A DNA stretch of 31,103 bases. Source: Candidatus Sumerlaeia bacterium (GTDB taxonomy: Bacteria > Sumerlaeota > Sumerlaeia > SLMS01). Location: the NCBI GenBank assembly GCA_038208905.1, contig JBBQYG010000032.1, positions 1-31,103 of the forward strand, read 5' to 3'. Below, piece by piece: positions 23,294 to 30,603 of the stretch (position 1 is the stretch's first letter; every line of letters starts with the position of its first letter). The notes beneath the pieces are model-generated. The model was given only the letters and a program-made list of their open reading frames with translations. It was not told the origin of the DNA and made no database searches. The position numbers and the translations under genes are program-made.

Positions 23294-25309
23294 ATGGCGG
23301 ATCCCTACAGGAACGTGAAGAAGGAAATGGAAGTCCTCCTCAAGGTGGAGGGCGGAATGTCCGCCGATGACCTGCGCAAACAGAAGAACAAGCCCGCCAA
23401 CCCGCTCAAGCTTGGCGGCGAAGAGGGGGGCCGGCTCGGTGACGCCCAAGGCTCCATGGCCTACATGCAGGGCGAGGGCGACGAAGGTTTCGATGCCGGA
23501 TCCATCGGAATGCCCACCGTCGGCGACGTCCTCAAGGACCTCGCCGAGCGCCACGGTCTGCGGTTCGCGGACATGCGCGAGTTCGACCTGAAGAACGAGG
23601 AGAAGGTCGCGCGTCTCACCTCCTACATTCCGTCGAGCGTGGCCCGCGAGCGCCGCGTCTTTGCCGTGGACGAGAAGTCCGTCCCCGGCCAAAAGCCGGT
23701 CCTCACCATCGCCATCGCCGACCCGATGGACATCCACGTGGTGGACGACCTGCGCCTGATGCTCCCCGAGCACGATATCGAACCCGTCGTCTGCAACGAG
23801 GAGGATATCGTCGATGCGGTGAACCGCAACTACGGCGTCGGCGACGAAGACCTCGACGACATGATCGACCTCCTCAACGCCAAGGAGGGCGGCTCTGGAG
23901 AGAGCATGGTTCGCGAGGGCGAAGTCGAGATCAGCGTCGAGGACCTCGCCAACCAGCCCGCCGTCATCAAGCTCGTCAACCTTCTTCTCATCCAGGCCAT
24001 CAAGGATCGCGCATCCGACCTTCACATCGAGCCCATGACGGGAACGATCCGCATCCGCTATCGGGTGGACGGCGTGCTGAGGGAGATTCCCTCGCCGCCA
24101 AAGTCTCTCCAGCTCGGCCTCATCTCCCGCATGAAGGTCATGGCGGTGCTCAACATTTCCGAAACCCGCAAGCCCCAGGACGGGCGCATCCGCCTCAACA
24201 TCGACGGGCGGGAAGTGGACCTTCGCGTCGCCTGCGTCCCGACCGTCCACGGCGAATCCATCGTGATGCGCGTGCTCGACCGTTCCGCCATGATGATCGG
24301 CGTCCAGCAACTTGGAATGCAGAAGGAAGTGGTGGAATCCTTCCTCAAGCGCGCCAGCAAGCCCAACGGGCTTATCCTGGTGACGGGGCCCACGGGCTCC
24401 GGCAAGACGACCACGCTGTACGCCACGCTGCGCGAGATCTACGAACCCGGCTCCAAGTTCATCACCACGGAAGATCCCGTGGAATACGAACTCGCCGGCA
24501 TCGTCCAGGTTAACATCAACGCCAAGGTCGGACTCACCTTCGGCGCCTGCCTCCGAAGCATCCTCCGCCAGGATCCCGACGTCATCCTCGTCGGCGAAAT
24601 CCGCGACGTGGAAACGGCCCAGATCAGCATCCAGGCCGCGCTCACGGGCCACTTGGTGCTCTCCACGCTGCACACCAACTCCGCCTCCGCGACCATCACG
24701 CGCCTTGTTGACATGGGAATCGAGCCCTTCCTGCTCACCTCCACCCTGGAGGCCATCGTCGGCCAGCGCCTCCTGCGCACAATCTGCCCCTCCTGCAAGA
24801 CGCCGTATATACCGACCGACGAGGAGCTGACCGAGTTCGGCGTGTCGCGCGACGAGATCGAGGGCGTGGACTTCTATCAGGGCCGCGGCTGCGACGACTG
24901 CAATTTCAGCGGCTACAAGGGACGCCAGGGCATCTACGAGATGATGGAGGCCACCGAGTCCATCAAGGAACTCATCCTCCAGCACGCCACCACCGACGAC
25001 ATCCACGCCATGGCCGTGCACGAGGGCATGATCACCATGCGCCAGGACGGCTGGCTCAAGATCTGCCTGGGCATCACCACCTTCGAGGAAGTCAGCAAGC
25101 ACACGATGCCCGAGACCGAGGACTCCGTGAAGGCCGAGATGGAATCCGTCCGCCGCTCCCTCGCCAAGATATCCAAGGTCCAGCGCGAGCGCGAGGCAGA
25201 GGAGCGCGGCCAGTCCATGGAGGAAATGGAAGCCGAACAGGCCCGGGGATCCCACGGCGTCATCAACGTTGGCCAGCCCGGCCACGACGATCGGAAGTTG
25301 ATCGAGTAG
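23294..25309 (+). CDS. GspE/PulE/PilB family type II secretion / type IV pilus assembly ATPase
   Basis: ASDLHIEP, RYRVDGVL, PQDGRI, Walker A GPTGSGKTTTLY, TEDPVEY, LRQDPDVILVGEIRD, HLVLSTLHTN, Cys pairs CPSC/CDDC. Confidence 0.95.
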   Translation: MADPYRNVKKEMEVLLKVEGGMSADDLRKQKNKPANPLKLGGEEGGRLGDAQGSMAYMQGEGDEGFDAGSIGMPTVGDVLKDLAERHGLRFADMREFDLKNEEKVARLTSYIPSSVARERRVFAVDEKSVPGQKPVLTIAIADPMDIHVVDDLRLMLPEHDIEPVVCNEEDIVDAVNRNYGVGDEDLDDMIDLLNAKEGGSGESMVREGEVEISVEDLANQPAVIKLVNLLLIQAIKDRASDLHIEPMTGTIRIRYRVDGVLREIPSPPKSLQLGLISRMKVMAVLNISETRKPQDGRIRLNIDGREVDLRVACVPTVHGESIVMRVLDRSAMMIGVQQLGMQKEVVESFLKRASKPNGLILVTGPTGSGKTTTLYATLREIYEPGSKFITTEDPVEYELAGIVQVNINAKVGLTFGACLRSILRQDPDVILVGEIRDVETAQISIQAALTGHLVLSTLHTNSASATITRLVDMGIEPFLLTSTLEAIVGQRLLRTICPSCKTPYIPTDEELTEFGVSRDEIEGVDFYQGRGCDDCNFSGYKGRQGIYEMMEATESIKELILQHATTDDIHAMAVHEGMITMRQDGWLKICLGITTFEEVSKHTMPETEDSVKAEMESVRRSLAKISKVQREREAEERGQSMEEMEAEQARGSHGVINVGQPGHDDRKLIE

Positions 25310-25357
25310 GAACGGCAGGGAAAGGCAGGGAAAAGGGAGTTGGCGTGGGGCTGGAGG

Positions 25358-25384
25358 TGCTACAATGTATCACCATTGCGATAC
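25358..25384 (+). promoter_or_regulatory. Extended -10 promoter and palindromic operator of the AbrB/doc cassette
   Basis: TGcTACAAT followed by GTATC-ACCATTGC-GATAC, 15 nt before the antitoxin ATG. Confidence 0.55.
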
Positions 25385-25399
25385 CAGCGCGAGCCTGCC

Positions 25400-25627
25400 A
25401 TGATCAAGACGCTGACGAAGCGCGGGAATAGCTGGGCCCTGATCGTTGATCGCCCGATACTTGATCTCCTGAAGATCGAGGCCGACACGCCGCTGGAAGG
25501 CTCCACCGACGGGACACAGCTCATCATCTCGCCCCAGGTTGCCACCCCACCCGCCGCGAAAGTTCGCAAGGCCGTCGAGAGAGCCAGTGCGCGATATGGG
25601 AAGGCGTTGAAGAAGCTGGCGGAGTAG
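25400..25627 (+). CDS. AbrB/MazE-type antitoxin
   Basis: MIKTLTKRGNSWALIVDRPILDLLKI...DGTQLIISP...RYGKALKKLAE, typical of Doc-associated antitoxins. Confidence 0.88.
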   Translation: MIKTLTKRGNSWALIVDRPILDLLKIEADTPLEGSTDGTQLIISPQVATPPAAKVRKAVERASARYGKALKKLAE

Positions 25628-25631
25628 GCAC

Positions 25632-26030
25632 TTGGAGCCCGACGTTCTTGCTCTGGATGAGGTGCTTGAGATTCACCTCGATCACGTCTCCCGATACAGC
25701 GGCGAGGCTTCCTTGCGCGACCTGGGCCTTCTGGAATCGGCGCTTGCAACAGCCTTTGGCAAGTTTTGGCGGCGCATGGCTCGCAGGTGATCTCTGTGGC
25801 ATGGCCCCAGCCTATCTCTTCCATATCGTTCAGAACCCCCCTTCATTGATGGCAATAAGCGGACAGGCGCGGTGGCCGCGATTGTCTTCCTTGAGATCAA
25901 TGGCTTTCAGGTGGAGGCTTCACACGAAGAACTCGAAGAACTGGTCCCTGGCGTCGCGCGTGGCCTGATTGACAAGGAGGAAGTGGGCGACTTCTTTCGT
26001 CAACATGCGGGGCCGCTCGATTCGCAATGA
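25632..26030 (+). pseudogene. doc: Death-on-curing (Doc/Fic) toxin pseudogene with two frameshifts
   Basis: Hand translation: MEPDVLALDEVLEIHLDHVSRYSGEASLRDLGLLESALA / QPLASFGGAWLAGDLCGMAPAYLFHIVQN / PFIDGNKRTGAVAAIVFLEING...DFFRQHAGPLDSQ*. Frameshifts near 25749 and 25836-25841; in-frame TGA at 25788. Confidence 0.88.
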
Positions 26031-26068
26031 AGCCTCGTTCGTTCCCTCATCCCTGCTTTTTCCTGCCG

Positions 26069-26812
26069 TCAAACTCCAAACCGAAACCCGCCATCCACTG
26101 GCAGAAAAACACCCGTGACATTTGGGCTCTCCAGCAGGAACCGCGCGGCGCGGGCGATGTCCTCGGGCGAGCCCTCCCAGCCGCGGAGCGTCGCGTCGCG
26201 GTCCTTCTGCTTGAGCGCGTCTGGATAGTCCGGCGGATAGAGAATCGGGCCGGGTCCAATCGCGTTCACTCGGACGGCCGGCGCCAGCGCCTTGGCGAGG
26301 CCATAGGTCATCGAGATGATTCCCGCCTTGGATATACAATAGGGAATGCTGTCGGCCCACGGGCGGTCGGCGGTCACGTCGGCGATGCTCACGATGGCGC
26401 CGTGGCCGCGCGCCTTCATCGCCGCGCCCAGATAGCGCGCCCAGAAAAACGGCCCGCGAAGGTTCACCTCGATCGCAAGGTCGAAGTCCTCCTGCGTGCA
26501 CTCCGCGATATCCACATGGGGCCAGATGGCGGCGCTGTTCACGAGCAGCGACACGGGGCCGAGCGCCGCCTCCGCCTCGTCGCATGCGCGCTTGATCGCC
26601 GCCACATCGCGCTGGTCCGCCACCACCACGGCGGCGCGACGGCCAAGCGCGCGAATCTCCGCCGCGGATTCCTCGCCCTCGGCCCGCGACGAATTCACAT
26701 GCACAACCACGTCGGCGCCCGCGCGCGCAAGCTCCAACGCGATGGCCTTGCCGATGCGCTTTCCCGCGCCGGTGACCAGCGCGGTCTCGCCCGAGAGTGG
26801 AAGTTCGCTCAT
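26069..26812 (-). CDS. Short-chain dehydrogenase/reductase, pteridine reductase (FolM/PTR1)-like
   Basis: TGAGKRIG, LVNSAA, YCISK, VRVNAIGPG, VDGG. Confidence 0.88.
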   Translation of the reverse strand: MSELPLSGETALVTGAGKRIGKAIALELARAGADVVVHVNSSRAEGEESAAEIRALGRRAAVVVADQRDVAAIKRACDEAEAALGPVSLLVNSAAIWPHVDIAECTQEDFDLAIEVNLRGPFFWARYLGAAMKARGHGAIVSIADVTADRPWADSIPYCISKAGIISMTYGLAKALAPAVRVNAIGPGPILYPPDYPDALKQKDRDATLRGWEGSPEDIARAARFLLESPNVTGVFLPVDGGFRFGV

Positions 26813-26835
26813 CTTGCTGGGAGTCCTTTTCTAGA

Positions 26836-26979
26836 GGGGGGAAAGACGGGAACGGCGGGAAAGGCGGAAAAGGCGCAAACGGCGAAAAGGATAATCGGAT
26901 AGCTTGTCGCACCGCATGGGTTCTGCTCTCCCCCGTTCCCGCCTTTTCCGTTGTTCCCGTCGTTCCCGCTTTTCCCCCC
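26836..26979. repeat. Two inverted arrays of degenerate 9-bp tandem repeats (consensus about GGAA(A/C)GGCG)
   Basis: Left arm: ggaaagacg ggaacggcg ggaaaggcg gaaaaggcg caaacggcg. Right arm reverse-complemented: ggaaaagcg ggaacgacg ggaacaacg gaaaaggcg ggaacgggg. About 40-nt spacer; G6 and C6 ends. Confidence 0.8.
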
Positions 26980-26985
26980 AAACCA

Positions 26986-27019
26986 CAAGGGCTCCCCTGC
27001 GTCGCAGGAGAGCCCGTTG
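26986..27019 (-). terminator. Hairpin downstream of metK, probable terminator
   Basis: CAAGGGCTCCCCTGC-GTC-GCAGGAGAGCCCGTTG, 23 nt after the metK stop; no clear U-tract. Confidence 0.5.
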
Positions 27020-27042
27020 TATAGACAGTGCCGCGTGATGAC

Positions 27043-28218
27043 TTAGCCCTGGAGCTTCTTGGCCAGGTCCGTCTTCTCCCACGTGAATTCCTTCTCCGTG
27101 CGGCCAAAGTGGCCATAGGCGCTGGTGGCGCTGTAGATCGGCTTGTGAAGCTGGAGGTGCTCGATGATCGCATAGGGGCGCAGGTCGATGCTGTCCACGA
27201 TGCGCTTGGCGATCTCGATATCGGTGATGCCATCCTTGCCCGTTCCGAAGGCATCGACGCGGACGGATGTCGGCTTGGCCACGCCGATGGCGTAGGAGAG
27301 CTGCACTTCGCACCGCGTCGCGAGGCCCGCCGCCACCACGTTCTTGGCCAGGTAGCGCGCCATGTAGGCCGCCGAGCGGTCAACCTTGGACGGGTCCTTG
27401 CCGGAGAACGCGCCGCCGCCGTGGCGACCCATGCCGCCATAGGTGTCCACGATGATCTTGCGGCCCGTCAGGCCCGAATCGCCGTGCGGTCCGCCGATCA
27501 CGAAATTGCCCGTCGGGTTGATGTGAATCTTCATCTTCGCATCCACAAGGCTCTTGGGGAGCGTCTTCAGGATGATCTCCTCCGTCACGGCCTCGCGAAG
27601 GCTCTTCAGGCTGATCGTCGGATCGTGCTGGGTGGAGACCACCACCGTGTCGATGCGGACGGGCTTGAAGCCGTCATACACCATCGTGACCTGGCTCTTG
27701 CCGTCGGGGCGAAGCCAGGGAAGGGTCTTCTTCTTGCGCGCGTCGGCCAGCTTCTTGGTCAGCTTGTGGGCATACATGATCGGCGCGGGCATCAGCTCGG
27801 GCGTCTCGTCGCAGGCAAAGCCAAACATCATGCCCTGGTCGCCGGCCCCTTGCTCCAGCGGGTTCTTGCGATCCACGCCGCGGGCGATGTCGGGGCTCTG
27901 GGAATGCAGCGCCGCCAACACGCCACAGGAATCCGCGTCGAAGCGATAGTCGGGGCTCGTGTAGCCGATGCGGCGCACGGTCTGGCGGACGACTTCCTGC
28001 ACGTCGATATAGGCCTTCGTGGTCACTTCGCCGGCCACAACCACCAGGCCCGTCGTCACCATCGTCTCACACGCGACGCGGCTCAGGTGGGCCTCGCCCG
28101 TCTTGCCGTCCGACTCCAGAATGGCATCAAGGACGGCGTCGCTGATCGCGTCGCACACCTTGTCGGGATGACCTTCCGTCACGGATTCGGAGGTGAACAG
28201 GGAGAGATTCTTGGACAT
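27043..28218 (-). CDS. metK: S-adenosylmethionine synthetase
   Basis: [62 protein letters not shown] at 28218. Confidence 0.98.
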   Translation of the reverse strand: MSKNLSLFTSESVTEGHPDKVCDAISDAVLDAILESDGKTGEAHLSRVACETMVTTGLVVVAGEVTTKAYIDVQEVVRQTVRRIGYTSPDYRFDADSCGVLAALHSQSPDIARGVDRKNPLEQGAGDQGMMFGFACDETPELMPAPIMYAHKLTKKLADARKKKTLPWLRPDGKSQVTMVYDGFKPVRIDTVVVSTQHDPTISLKSLREAVTEEIILKTLPKSLVDAKMKIHINPTGNFVIGGPHGDSGLTGRKIIVDTYGGMGRHGGGAFSGKDPSKVDRSAAYMARYLAKNVVAAGLATRCEVQLSYAIGVAKPTSVRVDAFGTGKDGITDIEIAKRIVDSIDLRPYAIIEHLQLHKPIYSATSAYGHFGRTEKEFTWEKTDLAKKLQG

Positions 28219-28594
28219 CAGGCATTGATCCTTGCATAGGCCCGCCGCGCCGGGGCGGAGAGGTGGATGGCCAACCCAACTGGCCGGAATTCGACCGCCG
28301 AATTGAGGGAGGCGGCGGCGGGCGGTGCAAGGGGATTGCGGAACGGCAGCGGGCCGGCAGGGATGAGTGCGGCGGGGTGAGGCCTGAACGGCAAAGGTGG
28401 CATTTTGCCATTCGTGGTTGAGCCTCACGAATGAAGGTATGCGTGAGAGGTCCGCGATTTCCTGCAAGCCCCTGTCGGGGAACTCTTCGCAGTTTTTCAT
28501 CGTTTTCCCTTGCCAAGCGGGGGGGGGAAAAAGGTACGCCAATGATGTTGTCCTTAGTGGATCAACTCAGACCTTGCAAGGAGCACGATCCCTC

Positions 28595-28849
28595 ATGAAT
28601 CACCTGCTTTGCGCCGCCGCCGTTGGGCTTTTCGCCCTCGCCGCCGCGCCCATATTCGCCCTGAGTGGCAGCGGTGATTCAGAACCCTTCATTCTGGACA
28701 CTCGGACCAACCAACCCAACTCCGGATTCGCCGATTCCACTCCTTTCGTTCTCGACACCCGCTCGGCACCGCTCAACTCCGGCTTCGCGGACTCCACTCC
28801 GTTCGTCCTCGACACACGAACCTCCATTAACGCTTGGGTATTTCGCTAA
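28595..28849 (+). CDS. 84-aa secreted protein with three DSxPFxLDTR repeats
   Basis: AAGGAG RBS; signal peptide MNHLLCAAAVGLFALAAAPIFA; repeats 2 and 3 (28718-28762, 28775-28819) differ only at synonymous positions, which supports coding. Confidence 0.85.
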   Translation: MNHLLCAAAVGLFALAAAPIFALSGSGDSEPFILDTRTNQPNSGFADSTPFVLDTRSAPLNSGFADSTPFVLDTRTSINAWVFR

Positions 28850-28885
28850 ACCAAATCCCGCCAGCATTCTAGTGAAAAGGACACC

Positions 28886-30277
28886 ATGATGAAAAATATC
28901 CTCCTGACTGCCTTCCTCGTCGCCTCCCTCGTGGCGCCCGCGCTCATGTCGGCCCAGCCCGTGGTCGGCAATATCACCGCCAGCCAGCGCTCCTCCGGCG
29001 ACAGGGCCGTGGACATCTCCTACGACCTCTCGAACGGTAACGGTGCGATGACTGTCACTGTCCTTGTCTCCAACGACAACGGCGCTACGTTCTCCATCAC
29101 ACCGCAGGCTCAGTACCTCACGGGTGACATCGGCGCCGGAATCAACAACGGCACCGGTTATTCCATCGTGTGGGATGCGGTGACGGACGTGCCGGAGACT
29201 TTCTGGCCCCAGACCCGCATTCGCATCATCGCAACGGAAGAAGGCACTGGGCCCGGCACCGTTGCCCTCGCGATCTCGAGCAACGTCACCGCTCCCGTTC
29301 ATCAGTCCGCCGCCCAGACGCTCACTTTCACTTTCGCGCAGTCCGTCACCGGCTTCGACGCCTCCGACGTGACCGTGACGGGTGCCACCAAGGGTGCCTT
29401 CTCCGGTTCGGGCGCCGCCTATACGCTAGGCATCACGGGCACGGGAGGCACCATTTCCGTATCTGTACCCGAAAGCGCAACCAACCCGGGCAACCTCGCC
29501 TCCACCTTCTCCAACTTCTACCAGGACACCTGGACGGTGACGCTCCCCGGCGCGGTGCCGATGGAACTGATCCGCATCCCGGCGGGGACGTTCACCATGG
29601 GCTCGCCGGTGACGGAACTCTCGCGCGACGACACCGAAACCGAGCACACGGTCACGCTCTCGCAGGACTTCTACCTCGGCAAGACGGAGGTGACACAGCA
29701 GCAGTGGCAGGCGGTGCGCGGCTCGTGGCCGGGCACCGCGCCCTCGGCGGGCAACGGCCTCGGGAATGCCTTCCCCGCCTATAACGTATCACACAATGAC
29801 ATCCAGTCATTCATGGCGGACCTCGACACGGCGATCACGGAGCCGGGCACGTTCGCCCTGCCAACGGAATCGCAGTGGGAGTACGCGGCGCGCGCGGGAA
29901 CGACGACGCGGTTCAACTTCGGCGACGGCTTCGGCGCCGATGAATTCTGCTCCGCGGAGGCCGAGCGGACGAACAACATGTGGTACTGCGGGAACAACTC
30001 GCCGAGCGGCACGAAGGCCGTGGGCCAGAAGCCGGCCAACGCTTGGGGGCTGCGCGACATGCACGGAAACGTTTGGGAATGGTGCGCCGATTGGTTCGGA
30101 CCGTACCCTGGAACCGTCACCGATCCCACGGGGCCTGTGAGTGGTTCGATCCGCGTGATTCGCGGCGGCAGCTGGTACAGCAGCGCCCAGTACTGCCGGT
30201 CGGCCTTTCGTATCTACATCGACCCGTCGTTCCGGTACGACAGCGTCGGGTTCCGCGTTCTTTCTCCAGTCCAGTGA
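28886..30277 (+). CDS. Secreted FGE-sulfatase (SUMF1/CLec-fold) domain protein with N-terminal Ig-like domains; probable DGR variable protein
   Basis: Signal peptide; beta-rich N-terminal domains; MELIRIPAGTFTMGS, TEVTQQQW, LPTESQWEYAARAG, NAWGLRDMHGNVWEWC, RVIRGGSW...GFRV. Confidence 0.92.
   Translation: MMKNILLTAFLVASLVAPALMSAQPVVGNITASQRSSGDRAVDISYDLSNGNGAMTVTVLVSNDNGATFSITPQAQYLTGDIGAGINNGTGYSIVWDAVTDVPETFWPQTRIRIIATEEGTGPGTVALAISSNVTAPVHQSAAQTLTFTFAQSVTGFDASDVTVTGATKGAFSGSGAAYTLGITGTGGTISVSVPESATNPGNLASTFSNFYQDTWTVTLPGAVPMELIRIPAGTFTMGSPVTELSRDDTETEHTVTLSQDFYLGKTEVTQQQWQAVRGSWPGTAPSAGNGLGNAFPAYNVSHNDIQSFMADLDTAITEPGTFALPTESQWEYAARAGTTTRFNFGDGFGADEFCSAEAERTNNMWYCGNNSPSGTKAVGQKPANAWGLRDMHGNVWEWCADWFGPYPGTVTDPTGPVSGSIRVIRGGSWYSSAQYCRSAFRIYIDPSFRYDSVGFRVLSPVQ
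30149..30259 (+). other. Putative DGR variable region (VR)
   Basis: Invariant RGGSW/CRSA/GFR scaffold interleaved with NNY codons (ATC, ATT, TAC, AGC, AGC, TAC, TTT, ATC, TAC, ATC, GAC, TTC, TAC, GAC, AGC, GTC), all derivable from AAY by changing only adenines. Confidence 0.65.
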
Positions 30278-30399
30278 CGTGGGCCAAGCAGCGCAGGCCG
30301 GGCGGGTGCTGCGTGCCGACGGTCAGGAGGTCGAGCGGAGCGAGAGCATGCACCCACCCGAGCCGAAGCGACCGCGAGCACAGTGCAGTTGCTGAAGGG

Positions 30400-30425
30400 G
30401 TTTGGGGGGCGCAAGCCCCCCAAAC
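30400..30425. other. Perfect 11-bp hairpin with GCAA loop (candidate DGR target-recognition hairpin and/or terminator)
   Basis: GTTTGGGGGGC-GCAA-GCCCCCCAAAC followed by TTTAT. Confidence 0.7.
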
Positions 30426-30450
30426 TTTATAAGAACTGCTGGAAGCCTCG

Positions 30451-30603
30451 GTGCAGTTCCGCATTTTCTCCATCCCCGCAACGGGTTCTCCCGATCTGGA
30501 GGAGGAACTGAATCTGTTCCTGCGGTCGCACCGCGTTGTGACGGCGCAGAAGACATTGCAGGCTGTGGAGGGGGTGCTGCGCGGCTCTCCCTTCCTCGGG
30601 TAA
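30451..30603 (+). pseudogene. Truncated N-terminus of an HRDC-type DGR accessory protein
   Basis: Not in the ORF track. GTG-started MQFRIFSIPATGSPDLEEELNLFLRSHRVVTAQKTLQAVEGVLRGSPFLG*; the EEELNxFLRSHRV pattern matches my recollection of DGR-associated HRDC proteins, but the HRDC domain itself is absent. Confidence 0.7.

Noticed and set aside
26836-26979. CRISPR array
   Set aside because: Units are 9-bp contiguous degenerate repeats without unique spacers; no cas genes in the window.
28219-28542. 108-aa N-terminal extension of MetK in the ORF track
   Set aside because: MetK homology starts at [13 protein letters not shown] (ATG 28218).
28595-28849. Multi-core RiPP precursor, or a DGR TR/VR pair
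   Set aside because: Has a Sec-type signal peptide and no modifying enzymes nearby; repeat differences are synonymous third-position changes, not adenine-specific.
28886-30277. True formylglycine-generating enzyme
   Set aside because: The catalytic Cys pair of FGE (GGS..C....C) is absent (GGSWYSSAQYC), and no sulfatase gene is nearby.
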